Of a stretch of 33,966 nt of DNA, positions 9,209 through 17,182 are shown piece by piece. The notes below the pieces were generated by a model. It was not told the DNA's origin, made no database searches, and was given only the letters and a program-made list of their open reading frames with translations. The stretch covers positions 1-33,966 of the forward strand of contig CAYSAR010000002.1 of NCBI GenBank assembly GCA_964428985.1. The letters run 5' to 3'. A program made the translations under genes and the position numbers. Position 1 is the first letter of the stretch. Every line of letters begins with the position of its first letter. This DNA comes from an uncultured Gemmatimonadaceae bacterium (GTDB lineage: Bacteria; Gemmatimonadota; Gemmatimonadetes; Gemmatimonadales; Gemmatimonadaceae).

Positions 9209-9700
9209 TCAGAGCGTCGCCAGCAGCCGGTCGAGCGCGACGTAGCTCTCGTTCGTGCCGCTCTCCATCCCCGCGCCCACCATCCCGTCGCGGTCGGTCG
9301 CCTCGAGGAAGATCTTGTGCACCTTGAGCTTCGTCCGACCGTCGCCAAGGTCCTCGAAGTGGAGCTTGTCGACGCTCACATGGCCGGGATAGCCGTCGAA
9401 CTCGAACGTCATCTCGAGCAGCTCCATCGGCTTCACCTCGCGGAACCGACCCTCGAAGCCGTACTGGTTGCCGTCCGGCGCATGCTCGACGACGCGCCAA
9501 TGCCCGCCGCGCTCGAACTCGAACCGCTGCACGTCGAGCTTGTTGCCGCGTCCCCACCACTGCGCGAGGAGCCTCGCGTCGGCGTGCGCCTTCCAGACCT
9601 TCTCGCGCGGCGCGTCGAAGATCCGCTCGACGAGCAACTCGCGGTCGCCCTTCATCTCCACCTTCGCCTTGCGCGTCTCCATCTTGGTCGTGGCCGTCAT
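9209..9700 (-). CDS. SRPBCC / AHSA1-like domain protein
   Basis: ERIFDAPREKVWKA..LLAQWWG..GGHWR..GRFREV..GMESG..LDRLL. Confidence 0.92.
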   Translation of the reverse strand: MTATTKMETRKAKVEMKGDRELLVERIFDAPREKVWKAHADARLLAQWWGRGNKLDVQRFEFERGGHWRVVEHAPDGNQYGFEGRFREVKPMELLEMTFEFDGYPGHVSVDKLHFEDLGDGRTKLKVHKIFLEATDRDGMVGAGMESGTNESYVALDRLLATL

Positions 9701-10032
9701 GCTTCCTCCCGTGTGCGCTCGAGGAACTCCCCGAGACTGTTGAGGCGCCCTTCGAGCAAGCGGCGGTGATGGTCAATCCACTCCGCCTCGCGATCGAGCC
9801 GGCGGGGCCCAAGCCGGCAGGTCCGTACGCGCCCGCGCTTCTCCGACGTGAGGAGGCGGGCGTCCTCGAGCACCTGGACGTGCTTCTTGACACCGGTGAG
9901 CGTCATCCCGAACGCGACGGCCAGTTCGGAGATGGTCGCATCGCCGGCTCCAAGGCGATCGAGAATCCCTCGCCGCGTCGAGTCGGCGATCGCGGCGAAG
10001 GCGTCGTTGATGGTGCCTGAATACTGAACCAT
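9697..10032 (-). CDS. ArsR/SmtB family transcriptional regulator
   Basis: FAAIADSTRRGILDRL..ISELA..GVKKHVQVLE..KRGRVRTCRL; start reassigned to ATG 10032 (MVQYS) from promoter position; 4-nt overlap with SRPBCC gene. Confidence 0.92.
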   Translation of the reverse strand: MVQYSGTINDAFAAIADSTRRGILDRLGAGDATISELAVAFGMTLTGVKKHVQVLEDARLLTSEKRGRVRTCRLGPRRLDREAEWIDHHRRLLEGRLNSLGEFLERTREEA

Positions 10033-10044
10033 GTGGTTCAGTAT
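10021..10044. promoter_or_regulatory. Perfect 11-2-11 palindrome, probable ArsR operator
   Basis: ATACTGAACCA-TG-TGGTTCAGTAT covering the -10 box and start codon. Confidence 0.8.
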
Positions 10045-10068
10045 ATCCGACGCCGCAGTCGAGGTCAA
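10040..10068 (-). promoter_or_regulatory. Sigma70 promoter of arsR-SRPBCC operon (leaderless)
   Basis: Minus strand TTGACC-N17-TATACT, 7 nt before ATG 10032. Confidence 0.85.
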
Positions 10069-10147
10069 GTTCATCTCCTAGCGGAGGTGGCAGCAGCCGA
10101 GGCACGACACTGACGCGCCCCGGAAGCCGTAGCTTCATATACGATTC

Positions 10148-12046
10148 ATGCCCCCCACCCCCGACTCCCTCTTCCTCGACCTCCAATCCGCGCTCGCGGG
10201 GCGGTACTCACTCGACCGCGAGATCGGCCGCGGCGGCATGGGGATCGTCTACCTCGCGCGCGAAGTGCATCTCGATCGCCCCGTCGCGATCAAGCTGCTC
10301 CCCCCCGAGCGAGCCGCCGACCCGGCGCTGCGCGAGCGATTCCTCCGCGAGGCCCGCGTCGCCGCGAAGCTCTCGCACCCGAACATCATCCCGATCCACG
10401 CCGTCGAGGATGCGAGCGGCTTCGTCTTCTTTGTGATGGCGTTCATCGACGGCGAGACGCTCGCCGAACGCGTGCGGACGCGCGGGCCGGTACCGTCCAC
10501 CGAGGGCGCACGGATCCTTCGCGAGGCGGCGTGGGCGCTGGCCTACGCGCACGACCAAGGGATCGTCCATCGCGACGTGAAGCCGGACAACATCCTGCTC
10601 GAGCGCGCGACGGGCCGCGTGCTCGTCGCCGACTTCGGCATCGCAGCCGCGTTCGGCGATGCGTCGAGCGCGAGTGGCACGGTCGCCGGCACGCCGGAGT
10701 TCATGAGTCCCGAACAGGTCCTCGGCCGCACGCTCGACGCCCGGAGCGACCTCTACGGCCTCGGCGCGACCGCGTTCTTCGCGTTCTCGGGCCGCTGCCC
10801 GTTCGAAGGCGGGACGATGACCGAGATCCTCGCGCGACAGGTGACCGAGCCGGCGCCGCCGCTCGGGAGCATGGGGATGCCGGTGTCGCGCAAGCTTGCC
10901 TCGCTCGTCGACCGCTGTCTTGCGAAGGAGCCGGAGCAGCGACCCGCGAGCGCGCAGGCACTCGCTGAGCAGCTCGCGATCACGATCGAGCGCCGGCGGG
11001 AGCTGCCCGCGGCGCTGCGTGCGTTCGTGAAGCGCAATGCGCGGCTCGATGGCAGCGGGACGCTGTTCACGAGCCTCGCGTTGCTGCCCGTCTCGGCGGT
11101 GACCGGCGCGATGTTCGGGACGACGGCGGGCATGGGCGCGTTCCTGCTCGGCGCCGTCGGGGTGCCGTTCGCGTACTTCGTGCACGCGGCGCGCGGGCTC
11201 CTGCGCATGGGCTTCGCGCACCAAGACGTGGGGCCAGCGTTCGCGGCGGAGATCGAGCAGAACCGCGAGGAACTCTCGGTCTCGAGCACGAAGCAGACGC
11301 CGCGATGGTTCGAGGGGATCCTCAAGGCGGGGACGCGGATCTTCGGCATCGGTGGCGCAGGCATCATGGGCGCGGCGGTCCTCGGCACGCTCCCACGCGC
11401 GCCGGGACAAGTCTTCGCGCTCGGGCCGATCGCCCTGACGGCATCGGCGGTGCTCCTCGGACTGCGCCTCGCCATCTTCAGCCGCGAGCGCGACGTCGAT
11501 AGCGAGTTCTGGCAGACCGTGTGGACCGGCCCGATCGGGCGCACGGCGTTCATGACCGCGCGCCGCACGCTCGGCAAACGGTCGCCGCTCGCAGCGATGA
11601 CGCACCGTCCGACCGAACTCTCGCTCGGCATGGCCGCCGAGCAGCTCTACGAGACGCTGCCGAAGCCCACGCGCGCCGCGCTCGGCGAGCTCCCCGCCGT
11701 GTTGCGCCGGCTCCAGGACGACGCACAGTCGTTGCGACGCAAGTACGACGACCTACAGGAAGCGCTCGCGACCGCCGGCGACGCCGCCGCGCTCCCGGGC
11801 TGGGCCGACGTGCGCGAGGCACGCGACGAGATCCACGCGAAGCTCGGCGAGGCCGTCGGTGCGCTCGAGATGATGCGGCTGGGCCTGCTCCGGCTCCACG
11901 CCGGCTCGGTCACGGTCCAGGGCTTCACGACGAACCTCGGGCTCGCGGTCGAGGTCTCCGAGCAGGTCGAGCGCATCATCGCCGCACACGGCGAGGTCGA
12001 GCGCGCGCTCGCCTTCCCGCGCCGGATCGCGACGACGCCCGCCTGA
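10148..12046 (+). CDS. Hanks-type Ser/Thr protein kinase with membrane segments and helical C-terminal domain
   Basis: IGRGGMGIVY, VAIKLL, HRDVKPDNIL, DFG, GTPEFMSPEQ; about four hydrophobic segments, then a coiled-coil-like tail. Confidence 0.93.
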   Translation: MPPTPDSLFLDLQSALAGRYSLDREIGRGGMGIVYLAREVHLDRPVAIKLLPPERAADPALRERFLREARVAAKLSHPNIIPIHAVEDASGFVFFVMAFIDGETLAERVRTRGPVPSTEGARILREAAWALAYAHDQGIVHRDVKPDNILLERATGRVLVADFGIAAAFGDASSASGTVAGTPEFMSPEQVLGRTLDARSDLYGLGATAFFAFSGRCPFEGGTMTEILARQVTEPAPPLGSMGMPVSRKLASLVDRCLAKEPEQRPASAQALAEQLAITIERRRELPAALRAFVKRNARLDGSGTLFTSLALLPVSAVTGAMFGTTAGMGAFLLGAVGVPFAYFVHAARGLLRMGFAHQDVGPAFAAEIEQNREELSVSSTKQTPRWFEGILKAGTRIFGIGGAGIMGAAVLGTLPRAPGQVFALGPIALTASAVLLGLRLAIFSRERDVDSEFWQTVWTGPIGRTAFMTARRTLGKRSPLAAMTHRPTELSLGMAAEQLYETLPKPTRAALGELPAVLRRLQDDAQSLRRKYDDLQEALATAGDAAALPGWADVREARDEIHAKLGEAVGALEMMRLGLLRLHAGSVTVQGFTTNLGLAVEVSEQVERIIAAHGEVERALAFPRRIATTPA

Positions 12047-12102
12047 CGCAGCGCAGCGAGGGGCCGTAAGTTCTGACCTCCCACCCACTGAGAGGTCCCG
12101 CC

Positions 12103-12372
12103 ATGGTCCATCGCATCCGCCGTATCGATCCCTTCAGCGCGGCCAAGGTCTGTGCCGTGCTCTACTTCCTCGGCGGGCTGCTCGCCGTGCCGTTCTTCCT
12201 GCTCATGTCGGCCGTCGCGCCGGACGAGACCGGGGAGCGGTTCGGGATGGCATTCGCCATCGCGATCCCAGTGGGGTACGCCGTGATGGGTTTCGTCGTC
12301 ACGCTGATCGCCGCCGCGCTGTACAATCTCATCGCGGGGTGGGTCGGCGGCGTCGAGATCGAGCTGGAATAG
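12103..12372 (+). CDS. Small two-TM membrane protein (DUF3566-like)
   Basis: IRRIDPFSAAKV...ALYNLIAGWVGGVEIELE; GAGG RBS. Confidence 0.75.
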   Translation: MVHRIRRIDPFSAAKVCAVLYFLGGLLAVPFFLLMSAVAPDETGERFGMAFAIAIPVGYAVMGFVVTLIAAALYNLIAGWVGGVEIELE

Positions 12373-12396
12373 TCGCAACCCAACCGGAGCGCTGAC

Positions 12397-13050
12397 ATGC
12401 CGATGCATCGCCTCGCCACCGTAATGGTGGCCACCACGTTCCTCGCGGTCCCACGCGCGGCCGACGTCCCTCAGCAGACGATGAGCTTCTTCATCACGAG
12501 CGCCGGTCCCGGCGACGGGGCCTCGCTCGGCGGCCTCGCCGGCGCCGATCGTCACTGTGCATCGCTCGCCGAGGCGGCGGGCGTGCGCGGCAAGACTTGG
12601 CGCGCGTACCTGAGCGCGACCGCGAAGGATGGACAGCCGGCGGTGAACGCGCGCGACCGCATCGGCACCGGTCCATGGTTCAACGCGAAGGGCGTCCTCG
12701 TCGCGCGCGACGTCGAGCACCTACACTCCGACGACAACATGCTCGGCAAGGAGCACAGCCTCAACGAGAAGGGCCTGCCGGTGAACGGCCGCGGCGATTC
12801 GCCGAACATGCACGACATCCTCACGGGCTCGATGCCCGACGGCCGCCTGTCGAGCGACACGACCGACACGACGTGCGAGAATTGGACGAGCTCGGCGGCG
12901 ACCGGCAGCGCGCTCGTCGGTCACCATGACAAGACGGGCGGCGGTGCGCGCCCGACGTCGTGGAACTCCGCGCACGGCTCGCGCGGCTGCGGCCAGCAGA
13001 ACCTCCAGGGCACGGGAGGGAACGGCCTGTTCTACTGCTTCGCGATCTGA
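12397..13050 (+). CDS. Secreted lectin-like protein (endostatin/DUF1554-like fold)
   Basis: Signal peptide; FFITS..LGGLAGADRHC..WRAYLS..ARDRIGTGPW..TCENWTS..LFYCFA. Confidence 0.8.
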   Translation: MPMHRLATVMVATTFLAVPRAADVPQQTMSFFITSAGPGDGASLGGLAGADRHCASLAEAAGVRGKTWRAYLSATAKDGQPAVNARDRIGTGPWFNAKGVLVARDVEHLHSDDNMLGKEHSLNEKGLPVNGRGDSPNMHDILTGSMPDGRLSSDTTDTTCENWTSSAATGSALVGHHDKTGGGARPTSWNSAHGSRGCGQQNLQGTGGNGLFYCFAI

Positions 13051-13051
13051 C

Positions 13052-13777
13052 GTGATCGCTGTGCGCCGATGCGTCGCCGTGGCGGCGTTCGCCGCCGCGG
13101 CGACGGTCGTTGGATGCTCGATCGAGCCGCCGCTCGAGCGGTCCAACCCCTTCGATCCCGAGAGCATCTATGCATTCTCGCTCATCGGACCTGATTCGGT
13201 GCACTCGCTCGGCGAGGAGTTCGCTCTCACGCTCGTCACCGACCCTGGGTTGCCCGACGACGACTACGCCATCCTATGGACCGCGTTCCAGTGGTTGGAG
13301 CCGAGCGGGTTCCCGGGCGTTCCCCCGATCCCGCGCACCGTCGTGCGGACGGGTGTCCCTGGGCATTTCAGTGTAGTGTTGCCGAGCGCGCGGTATCGCG
13401 AGGTCTCCCTCGGCGCCTACTTCGGCACGGTCGCCGTCGGCCATCGCGTCTGGGTCGGTCAGAAGGCGGTCACGCTATCGCTCTCCTGTGCCACGACGGT
13501 TCCGGTGCCCTGCGCTGCTCCCCTCCCTCCGCACTCGGTCGTCCGTGTCGTCCCGCTCATGCACGACCCGCGGGGGAATGCGCTCGTCGACCCCAAGTGG
13601 GCGATCATCCGAGCGCACGTGACCTCGCGAGACCCTGCGGTCGTCGTGCCGGCGCAGATCCCTGGGGACTCAGCCGCCTACGTGCGGGTGCGCGGAGTCG
13701 GCCCCGGCACGGCTTGGGTGGTCGTCGACATCGACGGCACGAAGGATTCCGTCTCGCTCACGTTCTCCCCTCCCTGA
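13052..13777 (+). CDS. Hypothetical lipoprotein, beta-rich (possibly Ig-like); paralogue of 27486-27866
   Basis: GTG start just after lectin stop (exact start uncertain, 13061 also possible); lipobox VVGC then SIEPPLERSNPFDP..GPDSVH. Confidence 0.7.
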   Translation: MIAVRRCVAVAAFAAAATVVGCSIEPPLERSNPFDPESIYAFSLIGPDSVHSLGEEFALTLVTDPGLPDDDYAILWTAFQWLEPSGFPGVPPIPRTVVRTGVPGHFSVVLPSARYREVSLGAYFGTVAVGHRVWVGQKAVTLSLSCATTVPVPCAAPLPPHSVVRVVPLMHDPRGNALVDPKWAIIRAHVTSRDPAVVVPAQIPGDSAAYVRVRGVGPGTAWVVVDIDGTKDSVSLTFSPP

Positions 13778-13781
13778 CCGC

Positions 13782-13888
13782 ATGACCGTTCGTCCGACTG
13801 TCCGCGCCTCGCTCGCGATCCTGGCGGTCGCGGCGGGTGCCGTCGCGTGCTCTCGGTGGATTCCGTGCGCGTCGACGTCGGGTCGTGA
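13782..13888 (+). pseudogene. Probable internally deleted lipoprotein gene remnant
   Basis: ATG 4 nt after upstream stop encodes intact lipoprotein signal (..LAVAAGAVAC); adjacent frame gives VDSVRVDVGS-stop, resembling the C-terminus of the upstream lipoprotein. Confidence 0.45.
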
Positions 13889-13897
13889 GCGCGCGCG

Positions 13898-16495
13898 TCA
13901 CTCGCTGAGGGAGGCGAGCCGCCGCCGCGCGATGACGGTGCGGCGCGCCGAGTCGCCCTCGGCCTTCTCGAGCACGGCGACCGCCTCGGTGAGCAGCACG
14001 CGTGCCTCGGCGCGCTTACCGCGCTGCGCGACGCACCAGCCGAGCTCGCTGAGTGATTCGCCGATGTAGCGATGTCCCGACGGGAGGCCCGCCCGCCGCA
14101 GCGCGAGCGACTCGCGCAAGAGCGCCTCGGCGCGCGCGTGCCGTCCGCGAGCCATCTCGATGGACGCGAGGCCCAGGCGCGGGATCGCCTTGTTCACGTG
14201 TCGCGGCGCGAGCGCCACGTCGCCGATCGCGATCGAGCGTTCGTACGCGGCCGCCGCGTCGTCGAGGCGACCGAGGTCGCGGTAGGCGATCGCCAGGTTG
14301 TTCTGCGCGGCCGCGACGCTGAGGTGCGCCCCACCGTAGAGCCGCTCGAGCACCGAGGCGTACTCGCGGAACGCCCCGACCGCCTCTTGGGGACGGTCGA
14401 GGTCGAGCAGCAGGAGCCCATAGCTGTTCAGCGTGTTCGCGACCTCGGGATGCCCGTCGCCATAGAGCCGGCGGCGCGCGGCGAGCGTGCGCAGGTAGAG
14501 CGACTCGGCCTCGACCGGCTTTCCGAGGTCGCGCAGCACCGAGGCGAGGTTGCGCATCGTGCTCGTCGTCGCGACGTGCACCTCGCCGAACGCGCGCAGC
14601 TCGATCGCGAGCGCCTCGCGCAGCAGCGTCTCCGCTTCGTCGCGCGCCTCGAGACGCCGCAGGAGGCGGCTGAGCCGCGTCATCGCGGCCGCGACCAGCG
14701 GGTCGCCCGGGTCCCGGCGCGCCCGCTCGATCGTGAGCGCCCGCCGGAAGAGCGACTCGGCCTCGGCCAAGCGGCCAAGGTTCTCGACGGTATACGCGAG
14801 CTGGCCGAGGACCTCGGCGACCGCGAGGTCATCGTCGCCGTAGAGGGCGCGGCGCGTGGCGAGACTGCTCCGCTCGAGCGAATCGGCCTCGACCATGCGC
14901 CCCTCGTCGTGCAACACCGTGCCGAGGGCGAGCTCGCTCGTCGCGATCTCGGGATGCCCGGGTGGAAGGACGCGCCGATGGATTTCGAGCGCGCGCTCCA
15001 TCATCGACCGCGCCGTCGACTGAAGGCCGAGCGACGAGTAGACGTCGCCGATCGTGCGCATCATCGTCGCCTGCACGTCGGGATGGTCGGCGAGCTCCGT
15101 CTCGATGCGCCGCGCGCCCTCGTCGAGCAGTTCGCGCGCCGTGACCTCGCGACCGCGCGCCTCGGATGGGTCGGCGACCTCGAAGACGCTGGCCAGGAAG
15201 CTCGCGACCTGCTCGGCCTTCGCCTGCGCGACGGAAGCGGCGTCGCGCTGCACGGCGAGCCGGCGCGCCTGGACGGTCATCGCGATCGCGACGCCGGCCA
15301 GCAGCAGGATGACGCCGGCGCCGGTCGCGACCGCCGCCTCGTTGCGTCGCACGAAGCGTGAGAAGCGATACCACCGCGAGTCGGGCCGCGCGCGCACCGG
15401 GTACCCGTCGAGGTACCGCCGGATGTCCTCGGCGAAGCGGTCCACCGATTCGTAACGGCGCTGCGGGTCCTTGCGCAGGGCGGTGAGGACGATCGTGTCG
15501 AGGTCGCCGCGCAGCGCGCGCGCGACGCCGGCCGGCGCGACCGCGCTCGGGTGGGGCGGATCGACCTCGCAGACGAGGCGCTCGACCTCTCCCATCGAGC
15601 GTCCCGCCGTCGCGAGCGGGAGCGCGCCGGCGAGCAACTCGTAGAGCACGACGCCCAAGCCATACACATCGGTCGCGACGGTGATGCGACCGCCGCGCAA
15701 CTGCTCAGGGCTCGCGTAGGCCGGCGTCAGGAGACGGACCGCGGGACGCGTCTCATCGGCGTCGTCCGCATCACCGGGGGCGATGAGCTTCGCGATGCCG
15801 AAGTCGAGCAACTTCACGCGACCGTCGGCGGTGACGAGGATGTTCGCCGGCTTGATGTCACGGTGGACGACGAGGTGCCGGTGCGCGACGCGCACGGCGT
15901 CGCAGACCTGGAGGAAGAGCGCGAGCCGCTCGCGAAGGCTGCACGCGTGGAGCGCGCAGTGGCGATCGAGCGGGATCCCATCGACGTATTCCATCGCGAC
16001 CCACGGCACGCCGTGGGCCGTGGTGCCGCCGTCGATCAAGCGCGCGATGCCGGGGTGATCGAGCTCGGCGAGGATCTGTCGCTCGGCCCGGAAGCGCCGC
16101 AGGTGCTCGGCGGTCCGGATGCCGCCGACGACCTTGAGCGCGACTTGTGCCTCATACTCGGCGTCGGCGCGGCGGGCGAGGAAGACGGCGCCCATCCCGC
16201 CGCGCCCGATCTCGCGCTCGATGAGCCAGGGCCCGAGACGTTCGCCGGGACGCGCGTCGGGTGTCGCCTCGTCGGCGGCGGCGCGCGCGGCCTCGCCGAC
16301 GACATTGCCGAGGACCGCGCTGGCCGTCGCGTGGGCGGCGAGGAGCCGCTCGAGCTCGCGATGCAGGCCGGGCTCGCTCGCGGCGAGCAGCGCGAGGCGG
16401 GCCGCGCGTTGAGCGGCGGCGAGGTCGAGGACCTCGTCGAACAACGCCTCCAAGCGCTGGAAGCGCTCGCGCTCGCTGCCGCCGGTGGTCGCCAC
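13898..16495 (-). CDS. Membrane Ser/Thr kinase with C-terminal TPR array (ECF-associated)
   Basis: IGRGGMGAVF, VALKVV, HRDIKPANIL, KLLDFG, LTPAYASPEQ, GDLDTIVLTAL; one TM (GAGVILLLAGVAIAMTV); roughly 8-9 TPR-like repeats. Confidence 0.95.
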   Translation of the reverse strand: MATTGGSERERFQRLEALFDEVLDLAAAQRAARLALLAASEPGLHRELERLLAAHATASAVLGNVVGEAARAAADEATPDARPGERLGPWLIEREIGRGGMGAVFLARRADAEYEAQVALKVVGGIRTAEHLRRFRAERQILAELDHPGIARLIDGGTTAHGVPWVAMEYVDGIPLDRHCALHACSLRERLALFLQVCDAVRVAHRHLVVHRDIKPANILVTADGRVKLLDFGIAKLIAPGDADDADETRPAVRLLTPAYASPEQLRGGRITVATDVYGLGVVLYELLAGALPLATAGRSMGEVERLVCEVDPPHPSAVAPAGVARALRGDLDTIVLTALRKDPQRRYESVDRFAEDIRRYLDGYPVRARPDSRWYRFSRFVRRNEAAVATGAGVILLLAGVAIAMTVQARRLAVQRDAASVAQAKAEQVASFLASVFEVADPSEARGREVTARELLDEGARRIETELADHPDVQATMMRTIGDVYSSLGLQSTARSMMERALEIHRRVLPPGHPEIATSELALGTVLHDEGRMVEADSLERSSLATRRALYGDDDLAVAEVLGQLAYTVENLGRLAEAESLFRRALTIERARRDPGDPLVAAAMTRLSRLLRRLEARDEAETLLREALAIELRAFGEVHVATTSTMRNLASVLRDLGKPVEAESLYLRTLAARRRLYGDGHPEVANTLNSYGLLLLDLDRPQEAVGAFREYASVLERLYGGAHLSVAAAQNNLAIAYRDLGRLDDAAAAYERSIAIGDVALAPRHVNKAIPRLGLASIEMARGRHARAEALLRESLALRRAGLPSGHRYIGESLSELGWCVAQRGKRAEARVLLTEAVAVLEKAEGDSARRTVIARRRLASLSE

Positions 16496-16501
16496 GCCGG
16501 C

Positions 16502-17080
16502 TCAGCTCAGCGCATCGTACAGCCAGGCACGCGCCATGCGCAGGTCGCGATGGACCGTCGCCGGGGCGATGCCGAGCACGCGCGCGACCTCCTCGTAGCT
16601 AAGGCCGCCGAAGTAATGCAGCTCGACCGCCTGGGCCTTCCGCGCATCGAGCGTCGCGAGGCGCTCGAGCGCCTCATCGAGCGCCTCGAGCTCGGCCGGT
16701 CGCGACGGCGCATGCGCGATTGCCTCCTCGAGCGTGACGGCGGGCGCACCGGCGCCGCGGCGCTCGCGTCCGCGCGACCGGGCGTGGTCGACGAGCACCC
16801 GGCGCATCGTCCGCGCGGCGGTCGCGTAGAAGTGCGCGCGATCCTCCCACGGTACGTCGGCCCCGGCAAGGCGGAGGAAGGCCTCATGCACGAGCGCCGT
16901 CGCCTGGAGCGTGTGACCCGGACGATCGGCATCCATCGCCCGCGCCGCGAGCCGATGCAGCTCGTCGTAGACGCAGGTGAGCAGCCGGTCGCGTGCCGAC
17001 TCGTCGCCCGCGCGCCAGGCGGCGAGCAGCGCCGTGACGGACGGCGGGGCTCCGGTGGTGGTCGAGCGCGGTACCTGCAC
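16502..17080 (-). CDS. ECF sigma factor, TIGR02999 / ECF43-like
   Basis: VYDELHRLA, HTLQATALVHEAFLRL, MRRVLVDHAR, VELHYFGGLSYEEVA, DLRMARAWL; 6 nt upstream of the kinase; no anti-sigma gene adjacent. Confidence 0.93.
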   Translation of the reverse strand: MQVPRSTTTGAPPSVTALLAAWRAGDESARDRLLTCVYDELHRLAARAMDADRPGHTLQATALVHEAFLRLAGADVPWEDRAHFYATAARTMRRVLVDHARSRGRERRGAGAPAVTLEEAIAHAPSRPAELEALDEALERLATLDARKAQAVELHYFGGLSYEEVARVLGIAPATVHRDLRMARAWLYDALS

Positions 17081-17086
17081 GCCGCC

Positions 17087-17115
17087 ACCTTACGGGTCGG
17101 TCGCCCGCCGTGCAA
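17087..17115 (-). promoter_or_regulatory. Sigma70 promoter of ECF-kinase operon (leaderless)
   Basis: Minus strand TTGCAC-N17-TAAGGT, 6 nt before GTG 17080. Confidence 0.7.
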
Positions 17116-17126
17116 CCGAGTGACGG

Positions 17127-17142
17127 CATACCCGTGGGTATG
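17127..17142. other. 7-2-7 palindrome (operator or small terminator hairpin)
   Basis: CATACCC-GT-GGGTATG between cytolysin stop and ECF promoter. Confidence 0.5.
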
Positions 17143-17182
17143 TCCCGCCCGGTCGACGGCGCGCCGACCCGACACCATGCGA

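Noticed and set aside
12075-12097. GACCTC/GAGGTC hairpin covering the RBS of the small membrane protein (RNA thermometer idea)
   Set aside because: Only 6 bp; likely by chance in GC-rich DNA
13782-14069. 95-aa ORF as an intact gene
   Set aside because: Most of it is antisense to the kinase 3' end; only the signal-peptide part looks genuine
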